Positions 38,087 through 47,160 of a stretch of DNA of 53,998 bases are shown here, piece after piece. Below the pieces are notes generated by a model. It made no database searches. It was given only the letters and a program-made list of their open reading frames with translations, and was not told the DNA's origin. Every line of letters starts with the position of its first letter. Position 1 is the stretch's first letter. The DNA comes from an uncultured Methylomarinum sp. (GTDB taxonomy: Bacteria > Pseudomonadota > Gammaproteobacteria > Methylococcales > Methylomonadaceae): positions 1 through 53,998 of the forward strand of contig CAYNRB010000001.1 in assembly GCA_964399475.1 (NCBI GenBank), read 5' to 3'. The translations under genes and the position numbers were made by a program.

Positions 38087-41000
38087 TTACTTTACTTTAT
38101 TACTAGTAAACCAGGGAGTACCATCTTTTTTCAAATACATTTTATGCATTTCTTGTTGAGTAAAAGGTCTGGATCCAATTCTACCAAAAACTGCAATTTG
38201 ACCGCCTGTTTCATCTACTGCTCGATCTCTATCTAAACCTTTAGACAAGGCTAATGCAATATTTGAAGTTGGATACGAAGCTATTAGTTCAGGCTTAGGT
38301 TCTGGGCTAAAGCCATAAAACTTAGGCTGACTATCCGGTGATGTTAGTTGCAATACTTTCAATCCATTTTTACCATCAGCAACATAACCAATCAAAGAAG
38401 CATTAGTAGAAGCGACAATAACATCTCTTGCATCATTGAGTTGACCATTAGCTGTAAACAACTGTAGCAGCTTAGGACTTTCTGGTTTTTCAACATTTAT
38501 GATAGCTAAACCCTGCGAGCCTGCTGCCACATAAGCATAGGTTCTAGCAACATAAATTCGATTCGCATCCGTTAAAGCAACCGAGACACCACTGATTAAT
38601 TTTGCTTTTTCAGGCGTTGTTACATCAATAACTTTAAAACCATCTGCATCGGTTACAAATAGATATCTAAATTGTAAAGCTGTAGATTTAGCATTATTCA
38701 AGGGTATCACTGCCGCAACTTTTGGCGATAGCGGCGAATCCAAATTGATAATAATCAAACCGACATCCGCTGTAATATAGGCATAATAGCCACCTAGCGT
38801 TATATGTTTAGCTCCTTTTAGAATATTATCCCCATTCCATGTTAATGCACGTGTAAGAAAGTTATTTCTCGCTTTTCCGTCCGACAATGTATTTACATCG
38901 GTCAGAATTAAGCCTTCTTCTGCATCAACAATAAAGGCATAGTTATAGATTGGATGGAAATCCTGTTCCTGATTCGTCTCATTCATCAATTTACTCATCG
39001 CTTCGGCAGAAAGACCATAGTTACTTTCATAGCGGCGTTGTGGATGAATGGGTTGATTGGTAGGTAAAGCCATACAAGTCGCATTTTTAGAACTTATATG
39101 AGTATCATGTCCCAATGGTGAAAATGGCGCCGTTATAATTCGTTGAGAAATACCTTTATTGGCAATACTGGCAACATCATAGACTCTAAATCCACCTGAG
39201 CCTTCGGCAACATATAAATATTCTCCGCGTAGTTGTAAGCAGCTTGCTACATCAGAACTATGACTATGTACTCTTTTTAAGACTTGTTTATTATTTTGAT
39301 GATCCTTATACCAATCAGGGTAAGCATATTTATGTAAATAGCTACCTATCACGGCTTGAGGTTCTTCCCACTCAGTTACTTGAATAGCTGATATACCACT
39401 TTCTGTTCCCACATAGGCATTATATCCAACAAAGTTTACAAAATTGGTACCCTGTAATAACAGTTGAGCCATGATTGCATTATTATCATTTTCTGCAGAT
39501 AAATGACAATCTTCACATTGTTTGGTTTCTGTTTTACGCGTTGTATGTGGAAAATTGGGGGCGAATGCCTGTGCACTAAAACCACTCGATGAAACTGGAG
39601 GTTGCTGGATATAAATCAGTTCCCTGTTTGCATTTCTGGATGAAAGTATCAAGGCTGAAGATGAACGCACAGGAACTATTCTATTGCCCTTAACCTGTCC
39701 ATGACGACCAATTTGAAACATTTGGTCACGAACTACTTGTGGATTATAAGTTGCGTAATTACGCGCTTCTCCACCTTCATAATGAAGTGTGTCTGTTTTC
39801 CAGTTTGCCTGAATAGGTAAATGACAACCGGCACAACTGGTCACCCACGAACTATGACAAGTAAAGCAGGTCATATTTTCATTTTTATGAGCTCTATCTT
39901 CAGGAGCTACATCGGTTCCCCAAGCTAATGTCTCTGAATTTTTCGATACTAATTTTGCTCGAGCTGCTTTGGCATTATAGGTGGTATGAGCAGGATTAAC
40001 GGTATCTTTGACTAGACTCAGCTCCCATTCCTTATCACTAAATAAGGCAGAACGTTGATACAACTTATTGCCACGCCATTCAAATCGTAATTTACCATCC
40101 TGATTCCTTAATGTAGAAAGATCAGTACCACCAATTGCAGCAGCAGGGCCACTGGTTCTTAAATTTGGATAGGCATCAGCTGTACCATGACAATCTATGC
40201 AATCAACTTCTATTGCTGCTGCTACTTCACCATATAAATGACCATTGCCATGCGAATCTTGAGCAAAGTGACAATCTACACAGTGCATCCCTACGTCCAT
40301 GTGAATAGATGACAGATGAACAGCTTTATTGAATTTTTCTGGATCAGTATCACTGACTTCATTACCTGATGCATCTAATAAGGTACCTTTACGATCACGC
40401 TTAAAAACTGCTCTAAAATTCCAGCCATGTCCGTGATAGTCTGCAAATTGAGTGTCTTTAAGCTTAGGATTCAAATCGGAAACATTTTTGACAAATTCAA
40501 GGTCTTTCCATTTACCTCTTGCTGCTGCTTCCTCAGGATTCCTTTCATTGATTTTTCTGACTTCCGCATGACTCAAAATTTGCTCAGGATCTGGGTTTGC
40601 TCCTGCTCTTACTTGATCACTATTCAAATATCTTTGCTTTTCAGGCCACATATGCGGCGCATCCGATTCATAATCCCACATCGTATAACCCATGAAACTA
40701 TTTACAAAAATATTAGGTTGATGCATATGACAAATCATACATTGACTGGTCGGAATTGCTCTGGTGAATTGATGTTTAATAGGATGTCCCGACTCATTTT
40801 TAGAAATAGTCGGATCTATGGTCTGAGTTTTTCCTGAATGTCCAGCTTTGGCATAAGGACCAGAATGTTTTGGATCCCGATCATTTGCATAGACTACGTG
40901 ACAAGACCCACAACCTGATGTTCGATAATCTCCAGGTTGATCATTGGTCCCTAAAAACCATGTAAAAGGATCATTAAGACGAGTTTTGTGTATGTTAAGA

Positions 41001-41878
41001 ACGGGAACTGAAATTCGTCCACCGGTACCAGAACCTCGATTAGATTGCTTAATATCTGGACGACCCGGCTCTTCAAGTCGTTGAATCAAACCTAAGGCAT
41101 TAGGCAACCCAGTCTCAGGAAATAAATTAGTTATATTACGCCCACCTGCTTCAAAGACTCTGAAAACATCACCCTGTGGCATGTTTTCCCATCTTGGCAA
41201 CGGAATTAATGCAGGTACAATCCCTTTAGCGATCATATTTTCATCAGGTTCATGTGGATTAACCAACTTCTTGGGTAATCCTTCGCGCGTATATGATTCG
41301 CCCATAAAATAGCGTTTATATGGAACAATTCCATTATTGTATGCAGCTCCGCCCCACAACATAGCACCGGTAGCCATTAAACTTCTTTCAGATGCTTCAA
41401 TTATCTTCATATGGCATGCACCACATGACTCTCTTACAATCCGATAATCACTAGGATTAACAAAACGAATATATTCTGGTGATTCTCTATTCAAAAGGGT
41501 AAAACTATGCTTTGGATTCGCACTACTGGGATAATTCCACTCATTTGGTAAAGTAGGGATGACATGTGCTTTATTCATTGAAAGCTGGTATTCCAAATCT
41601 TTATCTGCACTGTTTTCCGGCTTAAACTCATCAGCGTTACCACCATGACAATCTACGCAACCCAAAGGCACTGCTTCAGTTTGATGCATAGATTGACTGT
41701 CTGTTTCGATATGACAACTCAAACAACCTCTAGACTTGGCATCAACTGCTTGCGGATCTTGGAATTGAGGTGCAATCAATGTTGAAGAATCTTTATCAAC
41801 ATCAAAAGCAGCATATCCGTTTATTGATACCAATAGGAATGCTATAAAAGAAAATATAATCAGCTTACATTTATTCAT
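38087..41878 (-). CDS. secreted decahaem c-type cytochrome fused to a C-terminal LVIVD-repeat beta-propeller
   Basis: 1263 aa with a signal peptide (IIFSFIAFLLVSINGYAA). Ten CxxCH motifs at aa 52, 74, 152, 323, 380, 533, 560, 671, 682 and 788. Residues ~880-1185 carry at least six LVIVD-like repeats (YLYVAEGSGGFRVYDV, YAFIVDAEEGLILTDV, YAYITADVGLIIINLDSP, YLFVTDADGFKVIDVTTP, YAYVAAGSQGLAIINVEKP, IGYVADGKNGLKVLQLTSP). Confidence 0.85.
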   Translation of the reverse strand: MNKCKLIIFSFIAFLLVSINGYAAFDVDKDSSTLIAPQFQDPQAVDAKSRGCLSCHIETDSQSMHQTEAVPLGCVDCHGGNADEFKPENSADKDLEYQLSMNKAHVIPTLPNEWNYPSSANPKHSFTLLNRESPEYIRFVNPSDYRIVRESCGACHMKIIEASERSLMATGAMLWGGAAYNNGIVPYKRYFMGESYTREGLPKKLVNPHEPDENMIAKGIVPALIPLPRWENMPQGDVFRVFEAGGRNITNLFPETGLPNALGLIQRLEEPGRPDIKQSNRGSGTGGRISVPVLNIHKTRLNDPFTWFLGTNDQPGDYRTSGCGSCHVVYANDRDPKHSGPYAKAGHSGKTQTIDPTISKNESGHPIKHQFTRAIPTSQCMICHMHQPNIFVNSFMGYTMWDYESDAPHMWPEKQRYLNSDQVRAGANPDPEQILSHAEVRKINERNPEEAAARGKWKDLEFVKNVSDLNPKLKDTQFADYHGHGWNFRAVFKRDRKGTLLDASGNEVSDTDPEKFNKAVHLSSIHMDVGMHCVDCHFAQDSHGNGHLYGEVAAAIEVDCIDCHGTADAYPNLRTSGPAAAIGGTDLSTLRNQDGKLRFEWRGNKLYQRSALFSDKEWELSLVKDTVNPAHTTYNAKAARAKLVSKNSETLAWGTDVAPEDRAHKNENMTCFTCHSSWVTSCAGCHLPIQANWKTDTLHYEGGEARNYATYNPQVVRDQMFQIGRHGQVKGNRIVPVRSSSALILSSRNANRELIYIQQPPVSSSGFSAQAFAPNFPHTTRKTETKQCEDCHLSAENDNNAIMAQLLLQGTNFVNFVGYNAYVGTESGISAIQVTEWEEPQAVIGSYLHKYAYPDWYKDHQNNKQVLKRVHSHSSDVASCLQLRGEYLYVAEGSGGFRVYDVASIANKGISQRIITAPFSPLGHDTHISSKNATCMALPTNQPIHPQRRYESNYGLSAEAMSKLMNETNQEQDFHPIYNYAFIVDAEEGLILTDVNTLSDGKARNNFLTRALTWNGDNILKGAKHITLGGYYAYITADVGLIIINLDSPLSPKVAAVIPLNNAKSTALQFRYLFVTDADGFKVIDVTTPEKAKLISGVSVALTDANRIYVARTYAYVAAGSQGLAIINVEKPESPKLLQLFTANGQLNDARDVIVASTNASLIGYVADGKNGLKVLQLTSPDSQPKFYGFSPEPKPELIASYPTSNIALALSKGLDRDRAVDETGGQIAVFGRIGSRPFTQQEMHKMYLKKDGTPWFTSNKVK

Positions 41879-41929
41879 GATAGTTGTACGAATGAATTAG
41901 AAAAAGTCAACATTACAATTTACCTAGAT

Positions 41930-43768
41930 TTAGTATGTGAGTATTAAATTACCCAAAACAGAATATAGTGTTTTATTACCATATAAATCTTTTAGGGCAT
42001 CTCCAGGGACTAAAGCCGCACCTGATAGTCGAAAAACAATATTCTGACTAAACTTAGGCCTATATATAGCAGAAACAGATAAGTCCCAGCCTATATCCGA
42101 GCTGATGCTGCCCTGATTCCTGGCAACTTCAAGCACATTTGTCTCATCAAAATAGAGTTTGTTAAAGTTTGTTGAAAGTCGAAATTCGGGTAAAATATCC
42201 ATATCGGTTCCAAGACCTATTAACACTATCCCCGGATTGGTAAAGTTTGACTGACCTTGATCTTTTGAAGATTCTAGTGAATTTAATATGCCATTTCTAC
42301 CAGATAGGGCAACACCTCCACCTCCTATAAAAGGCACGGCTTGCCTGATCCAAAAGCTACTATCAGCTCCAGCAAACTGAGGGTTTTCAACTATCGCATC
42401 ATAACCATTTGACTTGTTATCAAAGGCATCATCATCACCTGACGCATATAATCCAGACAACCTGACCCGTATCCAATCAAAATCCATGGACAGTTCACCG
42501 GCAAAAAAGTAAGCATCTATTTCACTTTCATCTACATTATATAAACCAGTCGTTTCATCTCCAAATAGATAATATCCAGATACAGTCAGATTGACCCGCC
42601 CAAAATGACCATCTCCATTAAAGCCCGCGTAATAGGCATCATAATCTCGGCCGATTTCATTTCCAATTGAAGCAGGTCTGACTAAAAATCCATTATCGTC
42701 GAAGAAACTATTATTTGCTTCTCTATTTCGGTTATAAGCAAAAGTTAGTTGAGACGTAAATCCACGTACCGGAAAATCTTGACGAAAAATATTTCCAAAG
42801 AAAACTTGATCATCTCGCAAGTCTTCAGAAATATCATTTAAACCGCTATTGGTATCTTTTTCGTGTCGCCAGATTGCAGCTAAATTGTATTGCCATAAAT
42901 TGTTATCCCATGTACCAAACAATCGAGCACCTAATTGTATATCCTGGAACAGGAAGCCTCTGAAATCTAAGGAAAAAGGCTGAATACCCACTCTGATACT
43001 ATTAAAATCATACCGATCAGAACTATTGTTTATATGATAATCTACAAATAGTTCTTGTATCGCAATATGACCATCTTCACGATCAGTACCTTCGCGCGGA
43101 TCTATATTCAAAAAACGCCGCTCCTCCACATCTGTGTAGTTATAATTAAACACAGGTGTAATACGAAATTCAAAATCTGGTGGTCTAAAAACTGTGTCAC
43201 CTTTGAAAAACACAAAAGCAACAATTAAATTTTGATTAAATAAGTACTGATCCTGAGAACCAAATACATCTATATCACCAGCGCTTGCAGTGGTTTGATT
43301 ACCATTTGGCGTAGGTATAAGCCTGTATTCACCAATCGTATCTGATATTACTGATACATTAGCAAACCAGTCATCAAAAATAGGTCTGTCACTTTTAATC
43401 AAATTCCGGTTATAGGGATCCAGAAAGCCTTCTTTTATGCCAATTGCATCCGCAATTCTCCAGCGATCAGGAACCGGTATAAATGTTTCAGGATAAAGAC
43501 CTTTTAATGCAGGAATCCGTTGAAGTCCACTTTTTCTGTTTGGGTCGGCAAGTTCAACGACTTCTGCTTCACTAACTGCAGTTGCACCAGGTCTGATACG
43601 CCTTCTTTCTCCACTCCCTTCATTTGAAGCATTCTCAGAAACGATATCTTGTTCAGCCACTACTGCAATTCCAGCATTTACAGTTGGTAAATAACACCAG
43701 CTGCTAGCTAATAATGTCAAGGCGACAGAACCTATAAAAGGTTTTTTATTATTTTCCACTGCATGCAT
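41930..43768 (-). CDS. putative large outer-membrane beta-barrel protein
   Basis: 612 aa. Signal peptide (SVALTLLASSWCYLPTVNA), pervasive alternating aromatic/polar beta-strand patterning, and a C-terminal ...LGNLILTY aromatic terminus typical of BAM substrates. Its start overlaps the upstream gene by 20 nt. Confidence 0.6.
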   Translation of the reverse strand: MHAVENNKKPFIGSVALTLLASSWCYLPTVNAGIAVVAEQDIVSENASNEGSGERRRIRPGATAVSEAEVVELADPNRKSGLQRIPALKGLYPETFIPVPDRWRIADAIGIKEGFLDPYNRNLIKSDRPIFDDWFANVSVISDTIGEYRLIPTPNGNQTTASAGDIDVFGSQDQYLFNQNLIVAFVFFKGDTVFRPPDFEFRITPVFNYNYTDVEERRFLNIDPREGTDREDGHIAIQELFVDYHINNSSDRYDFNSIRVGIQPFSLDFRGFLFQDIQLGARLFGTWDNNLWQYNLAAIWRHEKDTNSGLNDISEDLRDDQVFFGNIFRQDFPVRGFTSQLTFAYNRNREANNSFFDDNGFLVRPASIGNEIGRDYDAYYAGFNGDGHFGRVNLTVSGYYLFGDETTGLYNVDESEIDAYFFAGELSMDFDWIRVRLSGLYASGDDDAFDNKSNGYDAIVENPQFAGADSSFWIRQAVPFIGGGGVALSGRNGILNSLESSKDQGQSNFTNPGIVLIGLGTDMDILPEFRLSTNFNKLYFDETNVLEVARNQGSISSDIGWDLSVSAIYRPKFSQNIVFRLSGAALVPGDALKDLYGNKTLYSVLGNLILTY

Positions 43769-45740
43769 TTTGTTTACCTGAATTTAAAAATGGCTTATAA
43801 GGACATTGAACATAACGTAATCTAACACCAGCGAGTACTAAATTATCTGCGCGAATTTCAGGAGGTGCATTATTTACAGTATTAATTAGCTTACCTGCAT
43901 TATGCACGCCTAAAAAGGAAATCAAATCATCCTGATCAATACCATCACCTGAAACACCCAAGCCACCGATTAAGGTATTACCACGATAGACTGGAACGCT
44001 TCCTGGGAAAATCTGTATTCCATTTCTTAACTCTGGTATGGGCTGACCTACAGTAAAGTTCTGAATTCCCAAAAAGTTAGCAATAAAGTTTAATGTAGCG
44101 GGAGGGGAAGCTGTACAATCTTGTCCGATATCGGGAGCTAAGCCATAAAATGCAGCGACATGAGTCAACATACCATTAATAACCAGATCTAATTGTAATC
44201 CAGTTGAAAAAGGGCTCCATTCTGGAAAAGGCTTGCTAAAAGGGCCATTTTGAGCCCGTTGAAGACCATCAGGGAAAAACGGTCGAGATAAATTTCCACC
44301 GGCTCTATCTGTGAATGCAACTGCACCGGTCAAAACATTAGGATCATTGAATAAAGTAATTGTAGCATCGACATAACTGCTAATGGGAAAGCCAATTGCT
44401 TGACCTGGAAAACTAACATAAACAGCATCAGAAGCTGAATTCAATTTGTCTTGAGCGTCGCTCTTTGAAAAAAACATTGCTGTTCGTGCCTTTTGTAAGG
44501 ACACATCGGTACCAAATATTGGAGCATCTCGAGTTCGAACAACCCCTAGAATATCACCTTGGGTATCCACCAACGAAACTGTAACGCGAGCTTGAGAGTT
44601 AAAGGGTTGACGAATCTGCGCCCTGGCACTATTTGCAACTGCTATTGCACTGCGTAATAAAGCTAAGGATTCATCTCGGCTTATTCCTACACCCGCACGA
44701 ACAGGAAATCTTTCTTGGTTTGCATTATCAACTAGTACGAAAGCATCCAATCCAGCATAATCATTAGATGCCGGCCTTATTCCAGAATTTACCTCACCAA
44801 AAGCAGTACCTGCCAAAACCTGACCATCAAAATAGACAGGAACAGGGATAAGTAAACCTTTACCTGCTATTTGGGATAAATCCGAAAGTACATTAGAAAC
44901 CGTTTGAGTTTTTAAGTTTTTATATCGAATATCAGAATATCGTAGAGACTTACCTTCAACAGTAATACGATCAGCCCGATTTTTTCTGGAAGATTCAAAT
45001 CCTAAGGTTCCAGCAAGTGCAACCCGTTCATCAATAATATTATCCCGATCTCTAATATTAAGATCAGCACCATAAATTAAATCAGTCTCAACGCCAATCC
45101 CCCCAACTAAAGCTCCGTCTTTGTATAATGGAAAGCCACCAGGATCAGCAGAAAGCCCTAATGGAGAACGTTTAGGTCCAACATCTGCACCCGATGAAAA
45201 TCGCGTAACTAAATCTGAACAAGCAAGTGAACTAAATTGCACACCAAACAGTGGCCCTGCTGGTTGATTAAATTCCTGAGGGTTAAAATTCTGCATAATG
45301 ATATGACTTGCAGTACGCGTAGAAAACGCATTGCCTTCTGAAGAAAGATAGGCACCGGTAATTGCTTTGGCAATAGCTGATAGACTAGCTGGAATAACCC
45401 CTTTTATCCCATCCAAACCGGTCATAACGTTTCTTCCACCGTTTATCTCGATTCTTGGAAAAAAAGCATTATTTGGAAAAGGACCATTCATTTGATAAAC
45501 AGCCAATACATTTCCAACTCTATCAGTTACTGAAATTGTAGAGAATACACCCGCTATTTCAGACTCTTGTACAGCCTGAACAATAATCCGTCTAACATCA
45601 CTTTCTGTTAAGAAACTATTCGCTGTTGAGCAAAAGCCTGTACAACCATCCTTCGCAGAAATCTGAGGTGAAAATGATAAACAATTTGCTAGAAACACAA
45701 AACTTGCTATTAATTTTAGATTATATCTTTTCTTTTTCAT
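43749..45740 (-). CDS. secreted protein with two GlcG/HbpS-like (DUF336, haem-binding) domains
   Basis: 663 aa with a signal peptide. Two copies of the GlcG pattern: (1) VRRIIVQAVQES...ISVTDRVGNVLAVYQMNG ... AKAITGAY ... GGFPLYKDGALVGGIGVE; (2) LLRSAIAVANSA...TVSLVDTQGDILGVVRTRDA...SLQKARTAMFF ... FPGSVPVYRGNTLIGGLGVSGDGIDQDD. Confidence 0.6.
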   Translation of the reverse strand: MKKKRYNLKLIASFVFLANCLSFSPQISAKDGCTGFCSTANSFLTESDVRRIIVQAVQESEIAGVFSTISVTDRVGNVLAVYQMNGPFPNNAFFPRIEINGGRNVMTGLDGIKGVIPASLSAIAKAITGAYLSSEGNAFSTRTASHIIMQNFNPQEFNQPAGPLFGVQFSSLACSDLVTRFSSGADVGPKRSPLGLSADPGGFPLYKDGALVGGIGVETDLIYGADLNIRDRDNIIDERVALAGTLGFESSRKNRADRITVEGKSLRYSDIRYKNLKTQTVSNVLSDLSQIAGKGLLIPVPVYFDGQVLAGTAFGEVNSGIRPASNDYAGLDAFVLVDNANQERFPVRAGVGISRDESLALLRSAIAVANSARAQIRQPFNSQARVTVSLVDTQGDILGVVRTRDAPIFGTDVSLQKARTAMFFSKSDAQDKLNSASDAVYVSFPGQAIGFPISSYVDATITLFNDPNVLTGAVAFTDRAGGNLSRPFFPDGLQRAQNGPFSKPFPEWSPFSTGLQLDLVINGMLTHVAAFYGLAPDIGQDCTASPPATLNFIANFLGIQNFTVGQPIPELRNGIQIFPGSVPVYRGNTLIGGLGVSGDGIDQDDLISFLGVHNAGKLINTVNNAPPEIRADNLVLAGVRLRYVQCPYKPFLNSGKQNACSGK

Positions 45741-45829
45741 ACTTAGTCCAGCTATACAAGTAGTAAGATTGATTTTATTTTCCCTAGCGAATCCAAACTA
45801 TGAAGCCAACAATTTTGACATATTGATTA

Positions 45830-46375
45830 TTATTTTACTAAACCAAGATTCACAATTTTTACCCGTCTGTTTTTTGAGGAACCAGGATGTTTAGGGTCTA
45901 TTAACTCTGTCTCGCCTTTACCAACAACAACCATGCGTTCAACTGCAACACCATAATTATTGGTCAGATAATTACTAACAGAATCTGCACGTTGCTTTGA
46001 TAGATTATCGTTATATCCAGACTCTCCTAAGGCATCAGTATGTCCTTCAATTCTAAATTTATAAGACTGTAGTTGGGAGCCTTTAAGTGCGGTTCCAAGA
46101 GAATCTAGAGTTGTTTTGGTTCGCTCAGTTAAATCCGCAGAATCAAAATCAAATGTCAATGATAAATTTACTGCGACAGGCTTAGGATTAGTCTTTTTAA
46201 CCTGCCCTATACCTCGCGTTTTAATCCCTACACGAGGTACTAAAGCGTTGGTGAATTCTTCTTGAGTAGGAATTGCTGTTCCAAAATCAGTCACGCTTTC
46301 ATCAGCATAAACGAATCCATTGAAGCCAATTATTGACGAAATTGCTATTACTGAAACTGTCATATATATTTTCAT
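45830..46375 (-). CDS. OmpA-family peptidoglycan-associated protein
   Basis: 181 aa with a signal peptide. Motif: FDFDSADL...RIEGHTDALGESGYNDNLSKQRADSVSNYL...GKGETEL...NRRVKI. Confidence 0.8.
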   Translation of the reverse strand: MKIYMTVSVIAISSIIGFNGFVYADESVTDFGTAIPTQEEFTNALVPRVGIKTRGIGQVKKTNPKPVAVNLSLTFDFDSADLTERTKTTLDSLGTALKGSQLQSYKFRIEGHTDALGESGYNDNLSKQRADSVSNYLTNNYGVAVERMVVVGKGETELIDPKHPGSSKNRRVKIVNLGLVK

Positions 46376-46559
46376 TTGTCTATCCTCTCCTGTTTAAATA
46401 AACATTTAAAGTAATTAATACCATATTATTTTAGATTTGCACAATCATTTTTTAATAAAATGCATTAATTTTTAAATGATTTCGATTAAATCTTAGTATG
46501 ATTCCAACTAAAATTATAAGTAATTAATCTTTACAACTGATTTAATTTAATCACGCAAC

Positions 46560-46606
46560 TTAATTAAACATATTTTAATTATTTTAATTATTTTAATTAA
46601 ACATAC
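46560..46606. repeat. direct repeat TTAATTAAACATA (x2) flanking three tandem ATTTTAATT units
   Basis: Read directly at 46560-46572 and 46594-46606, with the 9-mers between them. Lies inside the 785-bp AT-rich divergent spacer. Confidence 0.7.
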
Positions 46607-47160
46607 TTTAATTATTTAATTAAGTCGTATATATCTTGGTGTTATTATTTAACTTAAGATGCTGTAAAATATATATATTTTATTTTTACCATTAAATATT
46701 CTATACTATATAGATCGTCAGATTTACTTTCAATTGAGTAGAATCAAGTACTCTTGTCCAAAAAGCGATATTATAAAACTCTATTAATATAATTGATTTC
46801 AAATATTTCCCCTTTTGACTTATTTAAAAAGCCGCATTGTCTACAGTAAAATTATTTATTAATGATTTTTAGTAAAAAATTTTTAGTTTCCAAATTTGAT
46901 AATGTTGAACTATGTCCTTGTACATAAGAAAATCTTTAATATATTAGTAATTAATAATATTGTATTGTTATAAAATTATTAAATCTAATAATTAATTCGC
47001 CTGGTAATTATTTTAGATTAATTTCATTAATAACTTGGCTTTATTTGAAAATAAATATATATTTAGACCATACATCTACCAGACTATACATAGTTACTTG
47101 TATTTGAATTTATGTTTATTCAATACATTTTGCTACTAAACCAGTTATTAGGGGAATAAA

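Noticed and set aside
40427-40837. 136-aa plus-strand ORF antisense to the decahaem cytochrome gene. Similar internal ORFs lie at 49939-50124, 50601-50911, 51300-51527, 52901-53086 and 53162-53752.
   Set aside because: They are embedded in, or antisense to, long well-supported genes. They have no recognisable motifs and no start context.
46898-46916. Fur-box-like sequence GATAATGTTGAACTATGTC in the cytochrome divergent spacer.
   Set aside because: By my count it matches the 19-bp Fur consensus at only about 13 of 19 positions. In a region that is almost entirely A/T, that level of match is expected by chance. It is worth a PWM scan but is not supportable as a feature.
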